Below, in pieces: positions 1 to 12,099 of a stretch of DNA of 64,000 nucleotides (the stretch's first letter is position 1; the number at the start of each line of letters is the position of its first letter). Source of the stretch: Convolutriloba macropyga (Eukaryota). Location of the stretch: assembly GCF_964194025.1 (NCBI RefSeq), contig NC_134481.1:22940001-23004000 (forward strand). Reading direction: 5' to 3'. The notes below the pieces were generated by a model, which saw only the letters and a program-made list of their open reading frames with translations, had not been told where the DNA came from and ran no database searches. Position numbers and translations under genes: made by a program.

Positions 1-409
1 AGCTATCACGCGTCTTGTGCGTGCTTTTAATTATTGAATCCGCAACACTAAAGTGTATCAAAGATTTGCTTTTATGGTATGCCCTGGGCCTTTCATTATC
101 AAAATTTTTGGTTGAAAATTTTTCATTCAAGGTACGTTTCAAATTCACCTCACCGCTCAAAATTAACTAATCTGACACCAGTTTGTCAGGCTGTGTTTGT
201 AACTTTGATAAATTTCTAGTCTTTCAGTAGAAATCGGTTTTGGTAAAAATAAATTGAAGAATTATTAAGATTTCACCAAAATTGTGAATAAATTCACAAG
301 GTAATACATTTAATTTATTTACATAGGATATAAATAGTTAGAGTTTTAATAGTTTTCTTCGTCTGAGGGAAGAACTATAACGTCTTCATCAGCAGGGGTT
401 TCCTGACCT

Positions 410-647
410 TTAGGAATTTTCCGAGCCTGAGGTTGAACGGAGGTTGAGCTTGTAATCTCTGTTAAATCGCAGTAGAGCTGCCAGTTCTCTCAAGCCCAAG
501 AACACATAGCTCAGCTCCCACATATCACCTTTTCTGTCAAATCTCTTGATATGGAATAACACACTGAGCAATATGTCCTCGGGGTCGAAGTACTTCATCG
601 ACAATCTGAAGTGCGTATTGTCGTTATCTAAACAGAGAAACATTCAT
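410..647 (-). CDS. Small Maverick-associated ORF of unknown function
   Basis: 77-78 aa ATG-initiated ORF with TATAAAA about 50 nt upstream on the same strand (698-692). Confidence 0.4.
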
Positions 648-730
648 TAGATCAATTTTTATCTTTAGCTATAGACACCTAAGGTTAAGAATTTTATATC
701 ACGCGTCATTTTTGCTTCGACAAAATTTAA

Positions 731-1095
731 CTAGTGAAAGAACTTCATGAATTGAAAAATTATATTACCTCCGAGGTCTCTGATGACTTCACAGCTTTTA
801 GATTTCAACCGCATCCGCTCGCAAGCCTCCTGATGAACTACAAGTCTGCCCCTTGGGTGTATTCTCCCGTCGATTGTGACGCGCAGCAAAGCCACCTCCA
901 TCAATATGCTGTCCAACAGTGATTGGAATTGATGTTCGGGTATGCTTATCGTTTGGTAGACAAATCTTTCGTTATTCGAGAACTTGTAGAGCACAGCACA
1001 ATTTCAATATTTGAAACCTCCGATTCAGCTTCTCGCCACTCCTTTACTAGACGGGTTGATGTTTTATATTCAAATTGATAACTAGGAGAAGTCAT
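731..1095 (-). pseudogene. Frameshifted small Maverick-associated gene (second copy at 5244-5608)
   Basis: ATG at 1095 (MTSPSYQFEYKTSTRLVKEWREAESEVSNIEIV) joins the 731-994 frame (LYKFSNNERF...) after one frameshift; TATA box upstream. Confidence 0.4.
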
Positions 1096-1180
1096 CTGGT
1101 TGAGTATTAATGTATTTGTTTACTATTTTAGTGTAGGTCAAATTAAATTCAGAGGAGTGATTTTGTGGGGAAATTGAGGG

Positions 1181-1291
1181 CCTTTTATAGTGTTCATCGG
1201 TGCATAACTCAAGAATATCTAAACAGGTTGAGATACTTTTCAACTAATTTTATCATAGAGGAACCTGGGTATCAGCTGAGAATGGGGCGGG
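1181..1291 (-). promoter_or_regulatory. Putative Pol II promoter: TATA box CTATAAAAGG (1190-1181) plus GC box GGGGCGGG (1284-1291)
   Basis: Consensus motifs about 90 and 190 nt upstream of the ATG at 1095. Confidence 0.35.
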
Positions 1292-1724
1292 TATAGCTTT
1301 TTGAAGTCATTTTTTTATCAGAAATTGTGTATAAATTCAATTGAATACCCTGAAAATGGCCTCATATGATACGACTTATGCCCTACTGATAAAGTTTCGT
1401 ATCAAGCATTATTGGTTGGATTAGATAATTGGGCTCCTAAGTTTTCGGTATAAATCTAAATCTTGACAAATGGTTGGTACAACTGCCCTATTTTCTTTCT
1501 TCTTACAGATAAAATAAATTTTATTGCAATTGCTTTGAATTTACCACATAGGTATACTGTTACTATATACGTTCATAGTAACTGCTGAAAAGTTTTGACT
1601 TGATAGGCTAGGGGGGTTGCTATAGATTGAAAGAAATGTTCAGTCGAAATCTCTTGGAACTTTATGCCGGGTTTTTCTGAAGAGCTGTGCTCTCGCTGTT
1701 TTCCACTTATGCTTCCAATAATTT

Positions 1725-2630
1725 TCAATGATAATACGAGTATCAAGTCAAAACTCTGAAAAGAATTATATGCCAGGCTACTCTGAAGAGCAACGCTCTT
1801 CTTGTTGTTTTTTGTGTCCGCTCATTGTTTATATGACGGATAAGAGAGGATTGATTTTTCGCATAGATAATATCAGTATAAAGCGAAATACTGCGCACTT
1901 TCTCTATGAGGTTTTCAAATAGAAGGCATCGCTTTCAGAAGATGTAAATGTTCCATGCATTATTCAATGCTGGAATATTACACCTGGGTTACCAACATGG
2001 TAGTCCTTTAACAAGATTGTGCATAGTGTCAAAAAATTTATCCTCACCCGGGGATCTTTTTAGAGTCAGACTTTTTATACGACGCTAGTATTAAAGAGAG
2101 TTCATCTAATGCATGGGATATAATATTATTTATAATTTTTGAAACCATTAATAAGCTATGAAATCTGACTTTAGCTATGTATAGTAAAGATCAGCAATTA
2201 CATTCACCTAATTCAATAATAATACGAGTATTAAGTCAAAACTCTGAAAAGAACTATATGCCAGGCTACTGTGAAGAGCACTGCTCTTTTCAAAGTTTTT
2301 TGTATCCGCTTTTTGATATTTAGATCAATTTAAAGCTAAAAGCTGCGCTTTTTGTCTAAATGATGTTTTCAAATGGAAGGCATCGTCTTTTAATGATTTA
2401 AATGTTCCATGCATTAATCAATGCTGGAATATTTTTACACCTGAGTAAATAAGGAACTAGCAGTCCTTTAACGAGATTGTACAGTGTCAAAAAGTTTCCT
2501 CACCCGGGGGATCTTTCTAGAGTCAGATTTTTTACGCGACACTAGTATTAAAGAGGGATCTTCTAATGCATGAGATGTAATGCTATTTATAATTTTTGAA
2601 ATCCGAGTATTAATAAGCTATGAAATCTGT
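1725..2630. repeat. Two diverged ~460-490 bp tandem units upstream of pPolB (repeated at 6238-7143)
   Basis: TAATACGAGTAT(C/T)AAGTCAAAACTCTGAAAAG near 1730 and 2220; TAATAAGCTATGAAATCTG at 2149 and 2611; partial third unit at about 1640-1720. Confidence 0.85.
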
Positions 2631-2874
2631 TTGACCAGGCTGAAGTAAGGTGGAGGATAGTCGGAAAAAACAGTCTACGAAACCTAAGGTTTTAAAGACT
2701 GTTTTTTCCGACTATCCTCCACCGGAGGCATTTTCAAATCAGAGATGCCTGGATTCCCAGTTTTATTTAAACTGGAGTCTCGCATCTTTGCTGGGTTGTT
2801 CCTGCGAACAACACAGATTTCTCAGCCTTAATAGAAAGGCGAGGAAAATTAAACAAATATTTGGTTTAGGAATC

Positions 2875-5050
2875 ATGTTCAAGTAAAATTTCTGCAGTCA
2901 GGACTTCGCTAAACAAAAGGATCTCCTATTGCATAAGGATCAAAAGCACGTTGACCTGCCAAAGAACTTTGTTTGCGGACATTGCTCAAACATTTTTACG
3001 CTCGCGAAAAACTTGTATCGGCATTTGAAAAAAGTGCATAAATTTGCGCGTTCTGTTAGGTGCAATTCGTGTCAAACGTTTTTCGGACATGAGGAAGCAT
3101 GCAAAAACATTGCGCAGACGAGCATTCTGTGGCGGGCTCAGGAATTCGAACTGATCCATCCAACTTCTCTCAAGATGATAGTTTTGTTTTGGAACTTGAG
3201 AGAAAGTCGGTTCGTGAGCACTTCCAGTCATTCCGACTCAAAATAAACGACGGTTCAATTTTTGACCCCTTTGAATTTCTGGTGCTCCAAGAACAAAAAA
3301 TCGGAATCTGCATAGAGGTGAAGTTCACCAAGCCTCTAACTGACGATAATACTCTTTGTTTCTTTCACAGTCCAATCGAGAGCCTCTCGACATCGTTGAC
3401 TGCTGAAGAATATTTCAGTCATATTGACAAACTTCTGACATAAATAAACGTGTTTTGCACTGCAGGAAGTGGGTGGGTGATAGAAAAGTTAAATGTGGTC
3501 GAATTGAAGATTTCAAAATATTCCCCTCTTCGCACGGGATCCTATATTGCAACGCCTCCTCAAATTGAAACACAGCGCAAATCAGTCTTGAATATCAAAA
3601 ACATGGAAGACAATCTGTGCTTCATTTACTCTGTTTTAGCGGCGCTCTTCCCGGTTAAGCAAAATCAAGAGAGACTGCAAAGTTACCGCCATATGAACAG
3701 TCTCCACTTCAACCCGAGAAAAATGCCAGTTGGTTTAGCTGATATACCGGTTTTCGAGAAAATCACCTGAAAATAAACGTGTTCGCTTGTTAGTGTAGCA
3801 AATGTATCCGGCTTACATCAGCAAATGTAAAATTTCAGCAAAGCTAATCAATTTGTTGTTTCTCTCAGATGAAAGTAATTGGCACTACTGTTTGATAAAG
3901 AACTTGGATCGAGTACTAAAGGTTTTACTTCGCTCGGCCGCCACCGCTAGCTCGAAAAATAACGTTCGAAAGTTCTGCGAGCGTTGTCTGCCGACTGTTG
4001 CTCGAGAAAATTTCAAGCTTCACAAATCGCTTTGCGAGCACCATCAGCCACAAGTTATTGAGATGCCGCCACAGGGTTCTACCTCAAAGTTAAAAAACTG
4101 GCAGAAGACCTTCAAATGCCCGTTTGTGGTGTATGCTGAACTAGAGGCTCTTGATGTCAGAACGGAAGATTTCGAAGTGGAGCAAGAGTTGCTCGAGACT
4201 GGATTAAATAAAAGTGGAGCGTCTAGCTGTGTTACTGAGAATCAGTAGCTTTGTAGCTGTATTTGTTGACAGCAAAATTTCAAGATGGAACGATTTTACC
4301 GAGGAGAAGATTGTATTGCAATTGTTATGCGAACTTTACGAAAATGGCTAAGATGGGCAGACACAGAGCGTCAACGCTACAGATTCCTTAAGATGTCCAT
4401 TTTTGCTAAAAGGGAACTTCGAAACAACTGGTTTGAACCCTGCTGCATATGTCAGAAAATCTTCGAGTCTGATCATGAAAAAGTAGTCCGTCACTGTCAT
4501 CTCACAGGCACTGTATTTGGCGTTGCTCACAGCAGTTGCAATTTATTGGTTACGGTTGGCAGTTTTCTTCATAGCATTTCTCGTTATGATGCTCATCATA
4601 TTATAAAGTACATGCGGCTGGAAGAAAATGACTACAATTTCTAGGACAGAAGAGACGTTTATTCCGTTCTCAGTTCAATTTCCCATTAGAAGTTACATAA
4701 ACAAATGTGGTGTCGAGAAACTTAATGAGTTGCGCTTCCTAGAGAGTTTCATTTTTATGGCCTCGAGCCTTGATTCACTGGCACAAACATTGCAAGATGC
4801 CGACTTGAAATTACTCCAATTCCTTTTCAAACAATTAAATGACTCAGATTTCAAGAAAATGAGAGCAAAGGGGTTTTTTCCTTATTCTTATTTAGATTCA
4901 TTCCCTAAGTTTGAACTTGGCTTTCCTGCCTACGGTGACCATTGGAAAAACACTCTAACCGGTAGAATTGATGTAACTCAAGAAATGTATACATGAGCTG
5001 TTGATATGTATCATCTCATCGGTTGTAAAAATTTTGGAGACTACCACGAC
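2875..5050 (+). pseudogene. 5' half of protein-primed DNA polymerase B (truncated duplicate)
   Basis: Same motifs and same lesions as the copy at 7388; cut at the duplication junction just before the ExoIII region. Confidence 0.9.
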
Positions 5051-5065
5051 TACCACAAATTTCAA

Positions 5066-8000
5066 GGAATAACACACTGAGCAATATGTCCTCGGGGTCG
5101 AAGTACTTCATCGACAATCTGAAGTGCGTATTGTCGTTATCTAAACAGAGAAACATTCATTAGATCAATTTTTATCTTTAGCTATAGACACCTAAGGTTA
5201 AGAATTTTATATCACGCGTCATTTTTGCTTCGACAAAATTTAACTAGTGAAAGAACTTCATGAATTGAAAAATTATATTACCTCCGAGGTCTCTGATGAC
5301 TTCACAGCTTTTAGATTTCAACCGCATCCGCTCGCAAGCCTCCTGATGAACTACAAGTCTGCCCCTTGGGTGTATTCTCCCGTCGATTGTGACGCGCAGC
5401 AAAGCCACCTCCATCAATATGCTGTCCAACAGTGATTGGAATTGATGTTCGGGTATGCTTATCGTTTGGTAGACAAATCTTTCGTTATTCGAGAACTTGT
5501 AGAGCACAGCACAATTTCAATATTTGAAACCTCCGATTCAGCTTCTCGCCACTCCTTTACTAGACGGGTTGATGTTTTATATTCAAATTGATAACTAGGA
5601 GAAGTCATCTCGTTGAGTATTAATGTATTTGTTTACTATTTTAGTGTAGGTCAAATTATATTCAGAGGAGTGATTTTGTGGGGAAATTGAGGGCCTTTTA
5701 TAGTGTTCATCGGTGCATAACTCAAGAATATCTAAATAGGTTGAGATACTTTTCAACTAATTTTATCAAAGAGGAACCTGGGTATCAGCTGAGAATGGGG
5801 CGGGTATAGCTTTTTGAAGTCATTTTTTTATCAGAAATTGTGAATAAATTCAATTGAATACCCTGAAAATGGCCTCATATGATACGACTTATGCCCTACT
5901 GATAAAGTTTCGTATCAAGCATTATTGGTTGGATTAGATAATTGGGCTCCTAAGTTTTCGGTATAAATCTAAATCTTGACAAATGGTTGGTACAACTGCC
6001 CTATTTTCTTTCTTCTTACAGATAAAATAAATTTTATTGCAATTGCTTTGAATTTACCACATAGGTATACTGTTACTATATACGTTCATAGTAACTGCTG
6101 AAAAGTTTTGACTTGATAGGCTAGGGGGGTTGCTATAGATTGAAAGAAATGTTCAGTCGAAATCTCTTGGAACTTTATGCCGGGTTTTTCTGAAGAGCTG
6201 TGCTCTCGCTGTTTTCCACTTATGCTTCCAATAATTTTCAATGATAATACGAGTATCAAGTCAAAACTCTGAAAAGAATTATATGCCAGGCTACTCTGAA
6301 GAGCAACGCTCTTCTTGTTGTTTTTTGTGTCCGCTCATTGTTTATATGACGGATAAGAGAGGATTGATTTTTCGCATAGATAATATCAGTATAAAGCGAA
6401 ATACTGCGCACTTTCTCTATGAGGTTTTCAAATAGAAGGCATCGCTTTCAGAAGATGTAAATGTTCCATGCATTATTCAATGCTGGAATATTACACCTGG
6501 GTTACCAACATGGTAGTCCTTTAACAAGATTGTGCATAGTGTCAAAAAATTTATCCTCACCCGGGGATCTTTTTAGAGTCAGACTTTTTATACGACGCTA
6601 GTATTAAAGAGAGTTCATCTAATGCATGGGATATAATATTATTTATAATTTTTGAAACCATTAATAAGCTATGAAATCTGACTTTAGCTATGTATAGTAA
6701 AGATCAGCAATTACATTCACCTAATTCAATAATAATACGAGTATTAAGTCAAAACTCTGAAAAGAACTATATGCCAGGCTACTGTGAAGAGCACTGCTCT
6801 TTTCAAAGTTTTTTGTATCCGCTTTTTGATATTTAGATCAATTTAAAGCTAAAAGCTGCGCTTTTTGTCTAAATGATGTTTTCAAATGGAAGGCATCGTC
6901 TTTTAATGATTTAAATGTTCCATGCATTAATCAATGCTGGAATATTTTTACACCTGAGTAAATAAGGAACTAGCAGTCCTTTAACGAGATTGTACAGTGT
7001 CAAAAAGTTTCCTCACCCGGGGGATCTTTCTAGAGTCAGATTTTTTACGCGACACTAGTATTAAAGAGGGATCTTCTAATGCATGAGATGTAATGCTATT
7101 TATAATTTTTGAAATCCGAGTATTAATAAGCTATGAAATCTGTTTGACCAGGCTGAAGTAAGGTGGAGGATAGTCGGAAAAAACAGTCTACGAAACCTAA
7201 GGTTTTAAAGACTGTTTTTTCCGACTATCCTCCACCGGAGGCATTTTCAAATCAGAGATGCCTGGATTCCCAGTTTTATTTAAACTGGAGTCTCGCATCT
7301 TTGCTGGGTTGTTCCTGCGAACAACACAGATTTCTCAGCCTTAATAGAAAGGCGAGGAAAATTAAACAAATATTTGGTTTAGGAATCATGTTCAAGTAAA
7401 ATTTCTGCAGTCAGGACTTCGCTAAACAAAAGGATCTCCTATTGCATAAGGATCAAAAGCACGTTGACCTGCCAAAGAGCTTTGTTTGCGGACATTGCTC
7501 AAACATTTTTACGCTCGCGAAAAACTTGTATCGGCATTTGAAAAAAGTGCATAAATTTGCGCGTTCTGTTAGGTGCAATTCCTGTCAAACGTTTTTCGGA
7601 CATGAGGAAGCATGCAAAAACATTGCGCAGACGAGCATTCTGTGGCGGGCTCAGGAATTCGAACTGATCCATCCAACTTCTCTCAAGATGATAGTTTTGT
7701 TTTGGAACTTGAGAGAAAGTCGGTTCGTGAGCACTTCCAGTCATTCCGACTCAAAATAAACGACGGTTCAATTTTTGACCCCTTTGAATTTCTGGTGCTC
7801 CAAGAACAAAAAATCGGAATCTGCATAGAGGTGAAGTTCACCAAGCCTCTAACTGACGATAATACTCTTTGTTTCTTTCACAGTCCAATCGAGAGCCTCT
7901 CGACATCATTGACTGCTGAAGAATATTTCAGTCATATTGACAAACTTCTGACATAAATAAACGTGTTTTGCACTGCAGGAAGTGGGTGGGTGATAGAAAA

Positions 8001-9563
8001 GTTAAATGTGGTCGAATTGAAGATTTCAAAATATTCCCCTCTTCGCACGGGATCCTATATTGCAACGCCTCCTCAAATTGAAACACAGCGCAAATCAGTC
8101 TTGAATATCAAAAACATGGAAGACAATCTGTGCTTCATTTACTCTGTTTTAGCGGCGCTCTTCCCGGTTAAGCAAAATCAAGAGAGACTGCAAAGTTACC
8201 GCCATATGAACAGTCTCCACTTCAACCCGAGAAAAATGCCAGTTGGTTTAGCTGATATACCGGTTTTCGAGAAAATCACCTGAAAATAAACGTGTTCGCT
8301 TGTTAGTGTAGCAAATGTATCCGGCTTACATCAGCAAATGTAAAATTTCAGCAAAGCTAATCAATTTGTTGTTTCTCTCAGATGAAAGTAATTGGCACTA
8401 CTGTTTGATAAAGAACTTGGATCGAGTACTAAAGGTTTTACTTCGCTCGGCCGCCACCGCTAGCTCGAAAAATAACGTTCGAAAGTTCTGCGAGCGTTGT
8501 CTGCCGACTGTTGCTCGAGAAAATTTCAAGCTTCACAAATCGCTTTGCGAGCACCATCAGCCACAAGTTATTGAGATGCCGCCACAGGGTTCTACCTCAA
8601 AGTTAAAAAACTGGAAGAAGACCTTCAAATGCCCGTTTGTGGTGTATGCTGAACTAGAGGCTCTTGATGTCAGAACGGAAGATTTCGAAGTGGAGCAAGA
8701 GTTGCTCGAGACTGGATTAAATAAAAGTGGAGCGTCTAGCTGTGTTACTGAGAATCAGTAGCTTTGTAGCTGTATTTGTTGACAGCAAAATTTCAAGATG
8801 GAACGATTTTACCGAGGAGAAGATTGTATTGCAATTCTTATGCGAACTTTACGAAAATGGCTAAGATGGGCAGACACAGAGCGTCAACGCTACAGATTCC
8901 TTAAGATGTCCATTTTTGCTAAAAGGGAACTTCGAAACAACTGGTTTGAACCCTGCTGCATATGTCAGAAAATCTTCGAGTCTGATCATGAAAAAGTAGT
9001 CCGTCACTGTCATCTCACAGGCACTGTATTTGGCGTTGCTCACAGCAGTTGCAATTTATTGGTTACGGTTGGCAGTTTTCTTCATAGCATTTCTCGTTAT
9101 GATGCTCATCATATTATAAAGTACATGCGGCTGGAAGAAAATGACTACAATTTCTAGGACAGAAGAGACGTTTATTCCGTTCTCAGTTCAATTTCCCATT
9201 AGAAGTTACATAAACAAATGTGGTGTCGAGAAACTTAATGAGTTGCGCTTCCTAGAGAGTTTCATTTTTATGGCCTCGAGCCTTGATTCACTGGCACAAA
9301 CATTGCAAGATGCCGACTTGAAATTACTCCAATTCCTTTTCAAACAATTAAATGACTCAGATTTCAAGAAAATGAGAGCAAAGGGGTTTTTTCCTTATTC
9401 TTATTTAGATTCATTCCCTAAGTTTGAACTTGGCTTTCCTGCCTACGGTGACCATTGGAAAAACACTCTAACCGGTAGAATTGATGTAACTCAAGAAATG
9501 TATACATGAGCTGTTGATATGTATCATCTCATCGGTTGTAAAAATTTTGGAGACTACCACGAC
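5066..9563 (+). repeat. Tandem duplication copy 2 (4498 bp)
   Basis: Starts GGAATAACACACTG as at 553 and ends GACTACCACGAC as at 5050; 15-nt junction insert at 5051-5065. Confidence 0.97.
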
Positions 9564-11244
9564 GCTTATCTCCAGACAGATGTGTTCTTGCTGGCAGATG
9601 TGTTTGAATTAATCCGCTCGGTGTGCATACTAGTTTATCGTTTGGATCCTGCTTATTGTTATAGTGCCCCTAATCTAAGCTAGGATTCCATGCTTGTAAC
9701 AACTGATGTTGAGTTGGGGCTTCGGTCCGACGTTGATATGCTGCTTTTCTGCGAAAAAGCTATTCGATGTGATCTCAACGCCTTTGGAGCGCTGAGACGT
9801 TTTCGAGCTAATAACAAATGTCTTCAGAATTTTGATAGGAACAAAAAAATCCGTCTTTGGCGCTTTTTTTTATGTTACCTCACTCTATGGTGACATCATG
9901 ATTAAAAAGCTACCTAAGGATAGCTACAAGTGGTGCGAAATCAAAAATATCGATGAGCTAATTGGAAAGTTTAGGTCAAATACCGACTTTGGCTACTTTG
10001 TTGAAATTGATCTAGAGTATCCGCGAGAATTTCACGACCGCTCTTGATTTTCCCCTGGCTACGGAAAAACTTGTTATCAAAGACAATTGGTTGTCTGCGT
10101 ACAGCAAAAACTTAGTGTCTAACAGATCGGCTGTTCCGAAATTGGTCGAAACTTTGTTTCGTGAGCCGAAATACGTATGTCACATTGAAAACTTGCTATT
10201 TTACATCGATCAAGGTTTGAAAGTTGGGAGACTTCATCGCGTTCTGCAATTTAATCAGTCTGATTGGTTGCGTCCCTATATCGAAAAAAATACGATTATG
10301 CGTAAGCAAGCTTCAACAACGTTCTTAACAAAAATTTTTTTATAAAAGTCGAATGCTTGCTTTGGCAAAACAATGGAGAACAAATGAAATAGAAAAAATA
10401 TTCTGTTTGTATATGAAGAGGCGAAAGCCGCCAAACTTACGTTGAGGCCGAGTTTCAAGTCATTTCAAATTATTAGCGAAAATTTGCGTTCCGTTTATTT
10501 TTCTGTACCGAACATTAGATGGGACAAACCAACTCCCGTTGGAGCAGCCATCTTGGACCTTTCAAAACTCGCTCTGTACCATTTTCATTATAATGAAATG
10601 AGACCGAGGTGCGGAAAACGGATTTGTGTCACTTACAAAGACATTGACTCGCTTCTGTACAGAGTTGAAACCGAAGATTTGTATAAAGACATTTACGGAT
10701 TTAATCATTTATTGGATCTCAGCGATTACCCAACTTATCATCCTCTGTTCGACGCGAGTAATAAAAAGGTTCCTCTGACAATGACTGAATGGCTGAGTTT
10801 TGGAAGAGAGTGCCAAAGGCGTGCAAAAACCTGGCAAAAAGACTCTGCATCATGACAAGTTTTTTTGAGTGTCTTCAGACCGGCGTTAGTAGTTGAGTGC
10901 CAATGACAAGAATTCATTCTGCAAACCACCAAATAAAGGTGACAACAACAAATAAAAGGGCTCTTAGTTGTTTTGATGACAAAAGATTCATACTGGATAA
11001 CGGTGTTGACTTTTATGGCCACTACAGCCTCAATCAAACTCCAACAGTAACGCTCGAATCAGACGGTCCTACACTACAGGAGAGTGATTGTGAAAACAGT
11101 TCAATTTCAAGTGAAGAAGAGGAGGAGAATTTGGAGCTGATATCTACATTAGACCTTTCTGACTCCTCCACAGCTTCTACTGCGGTCTCTATTGGTAAAA
11201 CGCTTTGCAGTTCCGTTTTCACGAAACAGTTATTGTGTACTTAA
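7388..11244 (+). pseudogene. Maverick protein-primed family B DNA polymerase (pPolB) with N-terminal C2H2 fingers and an Endo VII-like module
   Basis: Motifs across frames: GSGW, NIKN-DNLCF, HYCLIKNL, PFVVYAELE (ExoI), CxxC..RHCHLTG..AHSSCNL, RYDAHHII (ExoII), KGFFPYSY, YLQTDVFLLADVFE (ExoIII), VTSLYG (motif A), NACFGKTMEN (motif B), YKDIDSL (motif C), DDKRFI. Multiple stops and frameshifts. Confidence 0.95.
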
Positions 11245-11573
11245 TATTGTTTTAGCTCCACCCGATCCTGGTTTTATACCTCGAGAATTTGATGACTCGG
11301 AGCCAGTCATAAATTGGTGTGATCTCAGTGATAAGCAGGGTAATAGCGACGAAGATCGTCGTCTACTCCGGAATGCGTTTATAGAGGATGAAGCAATTGA
11401 AGGATAATGTAGTAACAGTGGTTGTGATGAATTTTGTATCATTCAGCCTGTACCTGCAAAGAGGCCACGACTTCTTGTTTCCTACTCAGACTCAGATTAA
11501 AAACACACGGTTAGCAATACAAATTAAATTATAAAATGTTCAATGTGTAATTGGTTTGAGATATATTGAAAAA

Positions 11574-12099
11574 TCATATCAAATTCAACTCAATAATTAA
11601 GCCAATATTTTTAACTGCGTTTAAATCTGGAAATCGTATGGCGGTCCCGAAACTTTGTGTGATGTGTATAACCCATCTTTTGAAAAATTTCTTAAGCTGC
11701 AAACAAGCAATACAGCCTGCATAAGTTTGAAGATAAAGACTGAGGGGGAGGCGACGGAGCAGTTTCGTGAATGTCAAAACCAACCGATATTTTGTACAGT
11801 GAGTTAAATCGTTCTTGGAAATGAGTGAAAAAACTGAGAGGAATTTTCAGGCTGTTCCTGATTACAATGTTTGTTAACTTCTTGTTTCTTTTTTTGTTTG
11901 GTTGAGCTTTTGAATGTTGATTGAATGGCTACAAGTAATAACCAATGAGTTCCCTTGATGTTTTTTGGAGATGTATTTACAATTTGAAAGCGGGGACTTG
12001 TGTTCATTCTTGGAAAATTGTCTGCCGACCGAACGCCTCCAAAGACAACTTTAATAAACGTAATTTGCCTACTACTCTTTTGATCGAAATGTTATCCAT
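11574..12099 (-). pseudogene. Adenain-like cysteine protease
   Basis: ATG at 12099; GGVRSADNFP, IVNTSPKNIKGTHWLLL (catalytic His) and, in another frame, PQSLSSNLCRLYCLF (Gln and catalytic Cys motif). Confidence 0.85.

Larger units (their letters stand above)
553..5050 (+). repeat. Tandem duplication copy 1 (4498 bp)
   Basis: Near-identical to 5066-9563 at a constant offset of 4513; about 10 substitutions seen by eye. Confidence 0.97.

Noticed and set aside
1-400. Left TIR of the first Maverick
   Set aside because: No reverse-complement match to 19300-19715 was found; the left end must lie upstream or be lost.
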